From Marsupella aquatica (lineage: Eukaryota > Plantae > Marchantiophyta), in NCBI GenBank assembly GCA_973895155.1, contig OZ316897.1:6399327-6463326 (forward strand): a DNA stretch of 64,000 bases. Reading direction: 5' to 3'. Below the pieces are notes generated by a model that did no database searches, was not told where the DNA came from, and saw only the letters and a program-made list of their open reading frames with translations. This document shows positions 40,182 through 52,261 of this stretch, in pieces (within the stretch, counting starts at the first letter, position 1; every line of letters starts with the position of its first letter). The translations under genes and the position numbers were made by a program.

Positions 40182-41315
40182 CTACAGGGAGGAGGAAGAC
40201 TGAACGGATGACAGGTCCTCAAACACTAGACGCTCGTCCTCTCTCATCTTTCCTAAGATCTGCGAAGCAATCCTCCTTTTCTCGTCTCCTGGGGTGCCCC
40301 TACGTTTGTGGGTTGAAGTGGCCTGTGTACTACAATGGACACAGCCAAATGCACAGGGCTGACGGGGCCGCTTAGGCGAAACCTTTACCGGCGGGGTGAA
40401 AGACACAGCGTCTGAAGTGGCATCGGACGAATCACTGACTGGCTCCTCCAATTTTCCCTACGTTAAAACACGGAATTGTTACGCCACTGGGCATGCCATG
40501 AACAGTACCATGTCATAGCACGAGCAGTAACAATAAAAACTCATTTGGGCTTGTGAGGACAATAACATGCCATAGCTCGATCAGTAACAATCAAAATTCT
40601 TTGAGGACAGTAACATATCATAACTTACCAGCCTGATGGCTGCGGAATTCCCAATTTTGAAGCTGGGAAATGTCAGTTTCTCGTATATGTATTTGGCCTC
40701 TTCTTTCAGAAATGACTTCTTGAAAGTGCGCTTCCAGTTCTTGTAATGAAGGTCAGCCAAAGCAGCAGCTTCTCTTTGGAATGCCCAGTTTCCCCATAAG
40801 TCAGATGCTTCTATCACAGCAATGTACGCCAGCGCGCTCGAAGCCATTTCCATCTTGAACTTGACAAACACATCCTGCTCTTCTCCAGGAACAAACTTTC
40901 TGGAAGCCATGAAATCTACTGCATCCAAACCCCTCTCCGTCCTCCTCCACTCATCATCTGTCATACGGGGCATTGGGCGGCCATATGCAATCTTCCATCG
41001 GGCCATGCTCACCCAATCACTGAACAAATGCGACTGTTCTTTACCAGACTCAGTGATCCGGCGCTTCAAATCTTTGGCTGGGTCCAGCAGCTTGTCAATC
41101 CAAGTGTCCTTATCACCACCAAATAGTGTGATCTGTATGACAGAAATCAAAGCTGGAGGCACTGGTAGCGAAGGTTCATGAACATGATTCAATTCGCCAA
41201 CCCCAAGGCTGCCATCATAATAGAAACGGCGGAAGTAGTCCTTCTGCTCAGTTCTTTTCTTTTTCCACCGTCCGGCCAGGGTTAGTGCCCTTGGATGTGT
41301 TCCTCGGTCTGCCAT
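40182..41315 (-). CDS. Hypothetical spliced protein, possibly a distant member of the Zn-finger-like paralogue family lacking the finger
   Basis: Exons 41315-40629 and 40457-40182; phase-0 intron at AAIRL|GKLEE. Further upstream exons are possible (41282-42025 ORFs). Confidence 0.5.
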
Positions 41316-41623
41316 TGCTGTTGTAGGAGCAGGAGCTGAGAAGTAAGTAAACGCCCGTAGAAGGTAGCTGCAGCAGGATTGGCGAAGCAGCTGCAAAGCC
41401 CTGTGCTGTCGAGCCTAGTATTCGAAGAAGAAGTGAATGTAGAAGAGTTGAATGTAGGACGCAGCACTTTGAAGAAAAGCTCAAACTTTTGCGCAGCACT
41501 GTCAGCTTCGGGATGGAAGCGAACACTCCGCTTCTCTCTGGTAACCATGACAAGTTCTCGACAACATAGGGCAGGACTTGCACATAGGACATGGATTCGA
41601 ATTCTCGACGCCCTAAACGGAAG

Positions 41624-42025
41624 CTATTTGTAGTGGAGTGGCGGCTTCGGGGGCATTCCATACCATGATACAATCTCCCGGTACATATATGTTTCGTATG
41701 TTATGTGCATTGGTACCAGTATTGCACGTATATGGTATTGAACGTTTACGGTGACATCGGGATCCATTTCGTCAAGGGCATCGTATGGAACAACGTAATT
41801 CGCAGTGTAATCACCTGTTGACATTGTATTACAGGGATTCCATCCCGTTTCTTTATGTATGTCGTAGTATGGCTTTCTACATTCCATACGACTAATGCTA
41901 AACTGATCAGGGAAATTGTATAGGGTTCTAATAGCGCTCCTTGCTCTGCCCAGGAAATACAAACTGTTATTGTCACGCCAAGCACGAACTGATAGACGCC
42001 CCGTGATAGAGTTTTCTTTAGGCAT
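41624..42025 (-). CDS. Hypothetical protein or upstream exon (133 aa)
   Basis: ATG-initiated ORF with globular-looking composition; no recognised motif. Confidence 0.3.
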   Translation of the reverse strand: MPKENSITGRLSVRAWRDNNSLYFLGRARSAIRTLYNFPDQFSISRMECRKPYYDIHKETGWNPCNTMSTGDYTANYVVPYDALDEMDPDVTVNVQYHIRAILVPMHITYETYMYREIVSWYGMPPKPPLHYK

Positions 42026-42318
42026 GTATGTAGTTACGAGTCACATTAGGCAATTTTCAGCTACCACAATCCTTGCTGATTTTCCCGTGTACTTCTCTGT
42101 AGGGTCAACCTTTAATTGCATTAAAACTCATAAATGTTTCTCTCTTCACAACCCTTGTTGGTTCTCGGTTTACAACAAGTTTACGGCTCGATCGAAAACC
42201 CTGCTGGAAATCACACATCAAAATTTTGCTACATTCATTGACATTAAGAAAACATTTTGAGTTATCACGGTCTGCAAGGGTGTCGTCGTCCAAAAATGGG
42301 AGCTGCGGGCGACTACTA

Positions 42319-43067
42319 CACTGTTTACCATAGTTAGTGTTACTATGGAAATAGAGTGACACTATAAATAGTGTGAGTAACACTAATATGTGAATAGAGG
42401 AGTATTGGAGCTCAAATAACATTAATTATGGAACATACTAACATAGCACAAAAATCAATAATTCCTATGAAAACACATAATAGAATGCTTTATGAATGAA
42501 CTATTAATGTAAATCTCATGGTTTAGTTGGGCTCTCTCCATGGTCCATGCTATTGTCCAAAAATTCAACCAATTCCATACCATTTTCAACTCACATTCTT
42601 CACACCCAAATAGTGTGACTACTATTACAAACAAGATTCATGGTTTCATGCAACATTTTTGGTATCAATAGCCACTCCATAAATAATGTGAGTTGATTTC
42701 CATAATTAGTGTAACACTAATTGAATCACTCACAATCACTGTTAATACAGATTTCCTTGGAAATGTTTTTTTCATGATTTATTTAGATAGTGACCACTAA
42801 AACCCCGTGGCAAGGAAGAACAGAAAGAGTGATCCCATAACATACAATCAACCACCCCACCTGGGGTGCGGCAACAACATGTGATGAAAGCCCAGAAACC
42901 AGGCTGTCAATCTCAAACACAGGGATCTCAAGACCAGCAAGCCCCATTGGCCAGAGAAAGTCCTATCTGTTAATACAGATTTAGTGTTAGCAAGACTATT
43001 TCGAGAGGGATTCAATTTTTTGGAGCTACACAATTAGTGTTAGTAACACTAACTATAGTAAACAGTG
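42319..43067. mobile_element. MITE, 749 bp, with 27-bp CACTG terminal inverted repeats and TA flanks
   Basis: CACTGTTTACCATAGTTAGTGTTACTA (42319-42345) matches the reverse complement of 43041-43067 with 1 mismatch. TA on both sides; AT-rich, non-coding interior. Confidence 0.8.
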
Positions 43068-43140
43068 TACTTGGTTTGTCTTGGGGTTACCATGGTTAGC
43101 TCGTCAACTCCGGGGCGGAAACATGCACGTCAAAATGGGA

Positions 43141-43288
43141 CATATACGGTGTACGACATTTCTCCATACCATGATAGACCTTCGTATTGACTTTAAATCA
43201 CTGAATGCACAAAGTTTTCTGTGCATTCAGTGATTTAAAGAAATTAACCACGTTATCATGGTATGGAGGAATGTCGTACACCGATATG
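43141..43288. repeat. 148-nt palindrome/hairpin formed by two inverted copies of the motif-bearing module
   Basis: Perfect 21-bp inner stem (43191-43211 / 43220-43240) with an 8-nt loop. Outer 30-bp stem (43147-43176 / 43254-43283, 1 mismatch) contains CATACCATGAT / ATCATGGTATG. Confidence 0.9.
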
Positions 43289-43364
43289 CAACCGATATGC
43301 AACTTTTTTTGATGGGCACTTTGTTGGATATGAATAACGCTTTGACGATGGACGTAGGCATTAA

Positions 43365-43436
43365 GGGCTCGCAGCTCGATGGTAGTGCACTGGCGTTGTA
43401 CACGGGAGGTCCCAGGTTCAAATCCTAGCCAGTCCA
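43365..43436 (+). pseudogene. tRNA-like sequence (degenerate tRNA, possibly Thr-UGU derived, or a SINE head)
   Basis: 72 nt: GGGCTCG-CAGCTCGATGGTAGTGC (A box, D arm)...GTTGTAC loop...CCCAGGTTCAAATCCTAG (B box, T arm)-CCAGTCCA. Acceptor stem mostly pairs; anticodon stem pairs poorly. Confidence 0.6.
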
Positions 43437-43935
43437 TGTTGATGAGATTTGCAGCACAGTTACCCCAGAAACACCCGCGACCCATCTCACGTATCACATA
43501 CCCCCTACCATACGGGCCCGGTTGCGCGGTTAGCGTAGAGGAGGCTATGCAGCTTATCATGGAGTATCGAGCTGGTCACTACGGACCCATTCATGAGGAT
43601 GATGTTTAGCACTATCCATGCTTATTGATCACAGTATGATCCGACAGTCCTTGATTAAGATTCCACACGACGTTTCTCATAGTATGTATTTTAGGAGTTC
43701 ATCGTAGGCGTGAGATTGCAATGAAAATAATAGTGCCGTCACCTGAGGGAATCATGGTCATGAATAGTGACCCAATTCCATGCTTGACATGCACAGCTCT
43801 GGACAGAACCCATGTTTTGAATAGGATTGATTATGCAAACGGGGTGGATGAAAATGCACATAGTAAACCTGACTTTTACGCCCCTCTTCATGTTCTTCAC
43901 TCTCTTTCTCGAGGTCTAGGTTTATGGTTCTGATT

Positions 43936-44448
43936 TAGCATGTTCATGTTGGAACACGTCTTTTTTTATGGTCTTGTAGTGATATGTAATTTTATGATAA
44001 AAGAAGTAGGTAACTAGGTACACATAGAGTATATGCCAAGAAATAAGATCTCTTAATTAAGAGTGAGTGCCATAACACACAAAACCATAAATCATCATGC
44101 AAAAAAAACGAAGAAAGTATAAAGTTACTAAAGAGTTGTGCACATACAATACACGATTTCACTTCCTTCTAAGTAATGACAGTCAACTCACGTAAAACCA
44201 TAAATTTTGTAAAGGAGATCACTAGGGGAACTTAGTACACTAGATGTGCACATTGTTCAAACTCATTTCTCGAACATTTAAGAGGGGAGCCAAATACTTT
44301 CAAAATACTGTAAGTTCACTAAAATTAAAAGGGGTACAAAAGTTAATTCAAAACCACTTTAGTAAGGCACATTAAAATCAAAATACTTGACACAAAATCG
44401 GAATAAGGCAAAATGTGAAAGTTTAGATTCACCATATAGCAGCTTCAC
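43936..44448 (+). mobile_element. AT-rich dispersed non-autonomous element, copy 3
   Basis: Extensive block identity with 24132-24698 and the same termini. Confidence 0.7.
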
Positions 44449-46622
44449 GTGGTTCTGAGTAACTCACGTGTGGAGACAACGCTTTGTAAATCGATAAGCA
44501 GAGTAGATGGCATTTTGTAAAGGAATAAAGCACAAGTCCCTAAGCCCATCCAAACTATGCAGAGGAAAGATCATTTACTTCTATAATTTAATCCTAAACT
44601 ATAATACAAGGGTCTGCTCTTTTATAGAGTGGTTGTGATTTGAATTTGCAGGGTCCAAAAATGTAAACAATATGTGTCACCTTGACATCTTATGTTTTGT
44701 TCATGTTGCCATAATTTTTTCACTTCGACATCTTCATGTCGCCCTGAACATCATGCCCTTAACCTCTATATCTTTTCTCTCCTCTACTTCGCTTCCCCCA
44801 TCTTTTCCTCATCTTTGCATGATATTCTCACCTCACCATCTTTTTTTCATCTCGACATCTTTTCTACAGGTCTAGTGAGAGACTGTTGTAATTCTGAAAA
44901 TCCAGGGAAAAATCCACTAATATCAGATTGCATTACATAATGTGGATGCATGTAAATTTCTCTCCAATAGGTGCATGTGTATTTAGACTCTCCAATTTTT
45001 GTCAACCATACTATGTCAAAGTGAATGAGTGTACAATTAACTTCCCCCCCCCCCCCCATTCCAGGCCTCCACATATATTCTCCATTCAATCATCATAATC
45101 AAACACTAAAGTGCAATGCTTGGGGTTTTTTTTAACTATGTTATGTAATCCCTATAATACACCATTTAAGGGCTCTACACAAATATTTGAAGTTTTGGAT
45201 GATTGGACATTACTTGACAATATTTGAAGTTCTTGTTGATTGGTTTATAGCTAGTTTTGCATAATATCCAATCTCCCAAAACTTCAAATATTGTGAAGTA
45301 ATCCCCTTACTGGTTAATTAAGGGGTTATATAACATTACAGGGGTATAATAAAATATACCAGCATTGAAGTAAATACAAACAAAGCTTCTTCTCGGGCTA
45401 TTTGCGGCATGTGTGTATGAAAACATTACAATTGATATGTGTTAGCTGGCCTGGAGTAACAAGTTGTTGAACGTCCTTGTGTGCAACTCTTCGGAACTTG
45501 TGTATGAGAACTCGAAGTTGTGCTCCAGTGAACCCCATGTAAGCACTCGCTAGTTATGTATCAACCAGTTGCTAATTTGCTAGTCTCAACAATGTTGTAA
45601 TGGATGGAGCAATTGTAAAAAAAGAACACACAAGTACCTCCCCCTAATCCTCCCCCGCTTAACCTAAACCTACGTCCCTTTCCTTTACCACATCAAACAA
45701 CTTTCCTAATTTTTTGGCACCAAACAAATTTTGCGGGCTGTGGTCGAGGCCCTAGCAGCAAGACGGCCAAGCAGCAAGACGGCCTGCAGGGGGGAGCAAG
45801 ACATTTCTTTTTCACAGGTGGTGCCGTACAATGATTTGTGGAATCTGTTTTGTAGAAAATAACTCCAATGACTTTGCGTTTACTAGTCAAGTGTTCAGCT
45901 TCGACACTATTGGGACACCGCTATGAAGATGGATGGTGGGCATGCCATATAGTAGTTATTCTTAGCCCCTATGGGAGCTTCGTGATGTCTTTTTACAAGT
46001 ACCTAAGGTCATTTGGCTACAAGGGAACCAAAAGAACTACACATGCTCTACTTGTAGGACATGGAAAAAAATGTCATTTTCGTGCGATGAGTCTAGTGCG
46101 GCCAAAAATGCATTTCACAGACAGCCCTCCCGGTAAAATCAGAGATAAGAGATAGTAATATACATAGTTCACTCAATGATAAATTGAAGGCAATGTTGGT
46201 GATCATTGTATGGTCTCTCTCCGGACCCCCGTGTCCCCGACATGTGCAAAAATGATGACCGCCAAACTTTTGAAGCCGCAGCCACAAACTGCACGTGTAT
46301 GACACCCATCCATACCGTGATAACAATAGATTACCATATAGTGCCAAATCATAGTATGCCGCCACGACAGGTTATGAGATTTCCTATAACGACAGTTTAA
46401 TGCGGGACTATAACTCCTCGTACGAGAATCGACTAACAGTATAGTAAAAACCTGAAGCTTTCACGATGTGCAAACTCCTCCTACGAGCATCGACGAAGGG
46501 AACACTTAGAAGCTTGAGCTGCCGCGACCTGCAAAGGAGTCTTTCGTTTGGTGCAAATCTGCAACCCGGCATTACAAGCTGCAGACGGCGATCTTCCGTT
46601 CAATTTTCACAGGGTACGCGGT

Positions 46623-48030
46623 ATGGCCGAACGCAAGGCGCACCTGGAAGCAGTGGAAGGTCTTCATTTTTGAAAAGTGCAGAGTGCCCGACATCCAACA
46701 GTTTACGATTGGAAGTGCCTTATTCCAGGATGTCCCGCAACAGGCATATTTTCCAGGAAGGAGTACATCAACAGGCATTGGAGAGAATGCCCGGAACATC
46801 AGAATGAGGATTTGGTGCAGAGTGTGGTGTACGTGAAGCCAGGGAGGAAGAAGGTGGAGGGCGCCACTTCACGAGAGGCCACCACAGAAGAGATGATCAG
46901 GCTTTTCAGGGCCACCAATGGGTTTTTCCCTCACAGATGGCGTCGGTACATGTGTGGGGAACTAAATCGTCGGAGAGCACGTATTGTAGAAGAGTCCCTC
47001 ACTTTGCATCTAACTTATCTGCGCACTGGTTGTCCTCCATTGCCTACTTCAATGCCACACTTTTATCTTGCAATGCATGCATTGGAATTGCCATATCTGG
47101 AAGGGTTTGCAATGCTATACAGTCCACAGTTCAGAGTTTGGTTCACACGTCACCTTAGAATAATCCTGTCCGGAGCCAATATTCACCACTTCAGGGCCTT
47201 GATTGCCTCCAAAATCTCTGAATTGGCAGATGGTATGACCAGACAAGAATGGTTTGAACGGGTTAATGTGGAGTTGGGGCTGATTGGTTCAGCAGAAGGT
47301 CTTGTTGCAGTCATGCAAGAGGTGTTGCATGCACTGGGGCAGGGGAAGGAGTCAGTGGATGACATGTTTGAAGCAATGGTAGGATACATGTTAGCTGCAG
47401 AAAAGGCACTTTGGTATTTGTCATTCAGCAGCAACCCTGTAGAGACAATCCACCACACACTGCACCTCTCCTTCTACGACTGGAAATTTAGTGCAGAGGG
47501 AATGGAGTGAAAGAGGAGGAACGGGATAGAAGGTCTCAAGCACCGCATGCGTCGGCTACAGGCGCTCGGTATTGTCGAGAGTAAAGAGACTGCCACAATA
47601 GAGGTACAATAGACAGGGATCTGAAGATGTTCAAACTATGAATTTTGTGAAGAGTTTAGTAATTGTAATGGTATGTAATTGCAAGTCCACGAATCTAAAC
47701 TCGAATGTTTTATTTAATTTTGAGTAGGGAAAATTCGGAGATGCAGAGAAGGAGATATCTGACGACGACGAGAAATGGAGGCCAAGCTTTGATCCTGTTG
47801 ATATTCATTATGAGGTTGAAATGTATAGGTATGCCGGCCGAAATATAAGGTCCTATACTGAATGTTTGGCTGCATGGGTGAACAAAATCCCCCGCCCACC
47901 CGAGAAGCCTGGAAGGATAATTGTCCCTACAAACGAGAACAAAGGGTCACTAAGGTGGGAGATTCAGTATCGCCAGTTCCAGCAAAAATACGGGTTCACT
48001 CTTGTGGAAGCGCATCTGGGTAACTTCTGA
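46623..48030 (+). pseudogene. Zn-finger-like paralogue 2, disabled by two in-frame TGA codons
   Basis: ATG at 46623: MAERKAHLEAVEGLHF*KVQ...DWKCLIPGCP..INRHWREC...GFFPHRW...DWKFSAEGME*KRR...TATIE, then intron 47604-47727, then GKFGDAEKEISDDDEK...NKGSLRWE. TGA at 46671 and 47508. Confidence 0.8.
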
Positions 48031-48138
48031 ATTTCCCTGTCAGACTCCCAGTTATACCAACTACCTTACATTGAATTCATGAAATCCTTATAAACTTCTC
48101 GTGGTGTGTGCCAAGAACGGGGCTGAATACCACGTTTT

Positions 48139-48578
48139 CCCCGGTGCAGGGGAGGAGATGGGCCAGGATAGCCCGCAGCTTGATGACAGTGCCGGTATTG
48201 TGGTCGAAGATACCTCGAATTGCGCTACGCATGCACACTCGCCTCGCGGGGATATGCACAGTGGCTGCCCAACAGGTGGTGCCGCACAATGATATCCGAC
48301 ATTGTTTTGTGTTTATGTCGTGGTATGTTGATAGCGGAGAAGCCATTATGTATATGCTCCAATGGGGAAGGGACTCAAAACCGCATTTGCCCCGGTGCAG
48401 GGGAGGAGATGGGCCAGGATGGCCCGCAGCTCGACGACAGTGCCGGTATTGTGGTCGAAGATACCTCAAATTGTGCTACGCATGCACACTCGCCTCGCGG
48501 GGATATGCACAGTGGCTGCCCAATAGGTGGTGCCGCACAATGATATCCGATATTGTTTTGTGTTTATGTCGTGGTATG
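48139..48578. repeat. Direct repeat, 189 bp x2 (period 251), each ending in the motif variant GTCGTGGTATG
   Basis: 48139-48327 and 48390-48578 are near-identical. Confidence 0.9.
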
Positions 48579-49214
48579 ACGAGAGCATTGCTTGGATCTG
48601 ATGCGATACTCATTTTCCGAGCGAATCAGGATACATGGGCGGTGCGGCAGCAATCACTGGGGCTGTTGTAGAGGACGAGGCGTTAATCGGAAACATCACA
48701 CCCACTTTGACATACAAGCGCAGTATGTGGTGGTACCTAGGCTCGTGTTCCATGCCTGCTCGCACGTTCATTGTTGTTGAAGATTGGATATTCCTGTATT
48801 GGCATTGCTAGAAACCCACATCGTAGCATGGAGGACAACTCATGACAGAGACAAAGTGTCTCATGTTTTATTGCTATCTTATGTGGCTTAATAGGGAAGG
48901 TATTAGGGAAGGTACTTGGGTCAACGGAAGAGGCTTGCCACAAACGGGACCAGGGGCCCCAACACAACATTCAGGACAGCGAGCTGGGTGCCAAACAGAA
49001 GTGGCCCTTGGTGGAAATAGTACCCGAATCACCTCCACACGACGGCCAAAGAGGTGTGTACACGCAACTCATAGTGATACAGTATAAGAAAATGTGAGAT
49101 ATCATGGTATGAATACCGTCCCAGCGTGTTGATACCATGGTGCGTTGAGTCGCAGGTGTAGAGGTTGTCGATGGCACGAGTTGTGCACTATGCATCCCCG
49201 GCAAGGGAGGGGTT

Positions 49215-49676
49215 GTGGTGATGGGCAGGGGGGTGGTGAAGAATGCCATGGCGGCATCATTGAGCGAGGGAATGGCATATTTGCTGATACTGGAGTGGTC
49301 ATTCAAATCATGGTATGGCTCACCAGAGTGGGACATGGGTTTAGTGCCATGCGCTCAGAATTCGTATTCCTGGCTTGCACAAGGCAAGTTTGTGCATTGG
49401 CCATTACATTTGCTGTCGCCTTGTGAGGACGAGAACGGCAGTCACCTAGTACTACGTTTCCCGAGGCGGACATTCCTCATGCCCACTACAAAAGAGATAC
49501 CCGGGATGGATCGTGCACAGCGTCGTCACGAACTTTCGAAGAACATTATGCCCCACAAGTTACGTTCTGCAGGGTTTACAATCGAAGAAGAGCCCAAAGA
49601 GGTTGAGTGCAGCCAGACGTTTGAGGGGTTGATGTCGATATTGCACCTATCCCAGGGCATTGCAGATGATGATTGA
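49215..49676 (+). CDS. ORF or exon with a Tnp1/EnSpm (CACTA TnpA C-terminal)-like domain, paralogous to the 52.3-52.6 kb ORF
   Basis: LSEGMAYLLILE..GSPEWD..SYSWLAQGKFVHWPLHLLSPC aligns with the 52 kb ORF. The GxxIxWPxxLV ending is typical of TnpA-related domains. Confidence 0.45.
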   Translation: MVMGRGVVKNAMAASLSEGMAYLLILEWSFKSWYGSPEWDMGLVPCAQNSYSWLAQGKFVHWPLHLLSPCEDENGSHLVLRFPRRTFLMPTTKEIPGMDRAQRRHELSKNIMPHKLRSAGFTIEEEPKEVECSQTFEGLMSILHLSQGIADDD

Positions 49677-51234
49677 CACATGTAAAGCATAAACTATGAA
49701 TAAAGTCTCCATTTTTGCTATCACATTTCCCAGCAACAAAATGGAGGTCCCGGTCCACTCCTCCCAAGAGCAGTACCTCGTGTGCTATTGCAGGGAGATG
49801 CAAAGCGCTTCCAGGGATTTACATCCGTCCATTTGTGAGGCTGGGCTCGAATAGAGCCTTGCATTCCTGATGTGATGTCTCCACTATTGCGGTCAGCAAG
49901 AGTGGTCGATGATTGTATGCCCCACTTACATTCTCGCATTAGCAATTGAATTTGCTCCGAGAGCTCCTATAGCGATCAATAATGTATTGGTTGTGGACGC
50001 CCAAATTTATAGCCCCACGAACTGGCACATCATCGACCTTGCCACTTAATGGACATGAATGAAACCCTGTGCAGAACACATTTTGTGGCGGACGACGCCT
50101 GAAAAGATCGCTCGAAAGATGTACAATTGTCTCGGACAATTATGTGGAGCACTTTATGTCATACCGGATGTACATGACAATTGTATGCCCCACTTACATT
50201 TTTTGAATTAGTTCTGTGTGTGTAAAGGAGCACTTGGTAATATCATGGTATGTAAATACGACGGCCGCAAAGATCGTGTATGATTCGCGTCAGGGGAGGG
50301 GGTGGGGAGTTAGTACGTGGCCTAAATTGCGCATCGGGACAGGGCATATGCGACACCCAACATCCATACCAGGATAAACGTCGGGAATATATTTAAGTCA
50401 TTCACTGCACCAAGCAATGATACGTAACAAACTGCCGTATGCCATCTGGCAATAAAATACAGATGCCAACGATGACAATTCTGATTTTTTTACATGGGAG
50501 TGAGCAAAAGAGTTCACACTAAAGGAATGAAAGTGCCTTGGGGCACAGGTGAGTTTCAATCCGCCCCTAAACTATGGTACTAACATGCCATAGTACAATT
50601 CTAATATCAAGGTGATTGGAAGGGATGTGAGTTGACACGTGACTGTAATGGTCCAAGAAGACAATCTGATGAGACCCCAATGTTACTTTTGGACATATGT
50701 TTAGGGTTTAGGGTTTACCCATTCAAGTAAAGTAAACTTATAGAAAAACAAGAATACAAATTAGAGTTTCCAGTTGAAAAGACGCTATTTGTAGTAAAGT
50801 GGGAAAAGGGTATTGAGCTGAAAACTAAATTATGAAACTGCTATATGGCGAATCCAGCGGCCAGTTCATTACCTAGGGTAAGTACACACAAGTACCTCTA
50901 CTGGTGTTCATGATTACTTTTAGTTTCATCTGTTATTTTACTCTTGTACCTTATGCGCAAATTGTTGAATCTCACTCTTCCTAATGAATAACCTGTTTAT
51001 ATTTGCCACCAAAAAATTAGCAAAGTGGAAAAAGGCTATTGAGCTGATAAAAAGTATTAATATTTTTTTGAAATCTCTCTATGAAGTATTTGTTACTACA
51101 TAGTAAGTTCTTTTTTGCAATAACCCTATAATCGACCAATGACACAATCACTGGCCCCAAGCATAAAATGGCCACAACAATGACATCTTTTTTCACATCC
51201 ACATCTATCGTGCAAATCCACTCCTAATGAATAA

Positions 51235-51629
51235 CCTGGATAATGTGTTTTCCTTACGGAGGCTGGCTTGGAGTAAGAGGAGACAGCCTCTTCGGATTCA
51301 ACATAAAAGGCGGTCCTTTGGATGAGGCCGGCCTGGATGACCCTGCTCGGAGGCCGTCAGGGACGTCGCCTGGTTGCCGTCCATACCGTGATTTCCAGGA
51401 CTTCAAACTACACATGGCATAATCCAATCAAAGCCACTCCACATCCTGGATAATGTGTTTTCCTCACCTCTTCCACATTGGGGGGTAAAGACGAGACAGC
51501 CTCTTCGGATTCAACATAAAAGGCGGTCCTCTGGATGAGGCCGGCCTGGACGACCCTGCTCGGAGGCCGTCGGGGACGTCGCCTGTTTGCCATCCATACC
51601 GTGATTTCCAGGACTTCAAACTACACATG
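51235..51629. repeat. Direct repeat, ~185 bp x2 (period ~210), each with CATACCGTGAT
   Basis: 51235-51416 and 51445-51629; motif at 51382 and 51595. Confidence 0.9.
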
Positions 51630-52261
51630 TCACAGATACCTTTCGTCAGAATCATAGTGAGAACTTATATTTTCATTTACTCTTTGTAATTATCATAGTG
51701 AGACTTTATTTATGTGTGGCTGATGCGACAACGCTTAGGGTAAATGAAGGGGATGGATATAAAAGGGAAGGGGACAATTTGTTTTTTAGAAATCTTTGTT
51801 TAAAATGACATCTATTTTTTCCTTACTCTAGGGAGACTAACATACGCTCATTCAAAGATTGTCGTATGCCAATCTGATCGTTCTTTCTAAATATGGGATT
51901 AATGTCATCAATCATGTTTCTTGAATGGAGAGTCTTTCACAATGTATTTATGCAACTTGTGTCCAAGGCAAGCGCAATGCTATCCACTGAAATACACAAA
52001 TAACAACACAGCGAGAAACCATGAGCTATGAGCAAAGCAAAACATGCATTCGCAATGTTCGACATTCTTCGGAGGGGAACATCAGCTGGTCACTACTTTT
52101 TACAGCCTGAAAAGGTCCAAGGCAACTACTGGACGGATGGCCCGACCCCCATGAGCTCTGAAAATACCCCCAATACCGGCCCGCAAATGGAGCGACCAGT
52201 GGGGATGCTCTAAGAAAACATTCCCTCGACGCCCAAAATAGCTACAATACTATGGAGCCAG

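Noticed and set aside
43365-43436. Functional tRNA gene
   Set aside because: The anticodon stem and D-stem have mismatches; reported as tRNA-like only.
45110-45372. Small foldback element (ATATTTGAAGTTTTGG inverted at ~45183 and ~45291)
   Set aside because: The internal inverted repeat is visible, but termini and TSD are too degenerate to define.
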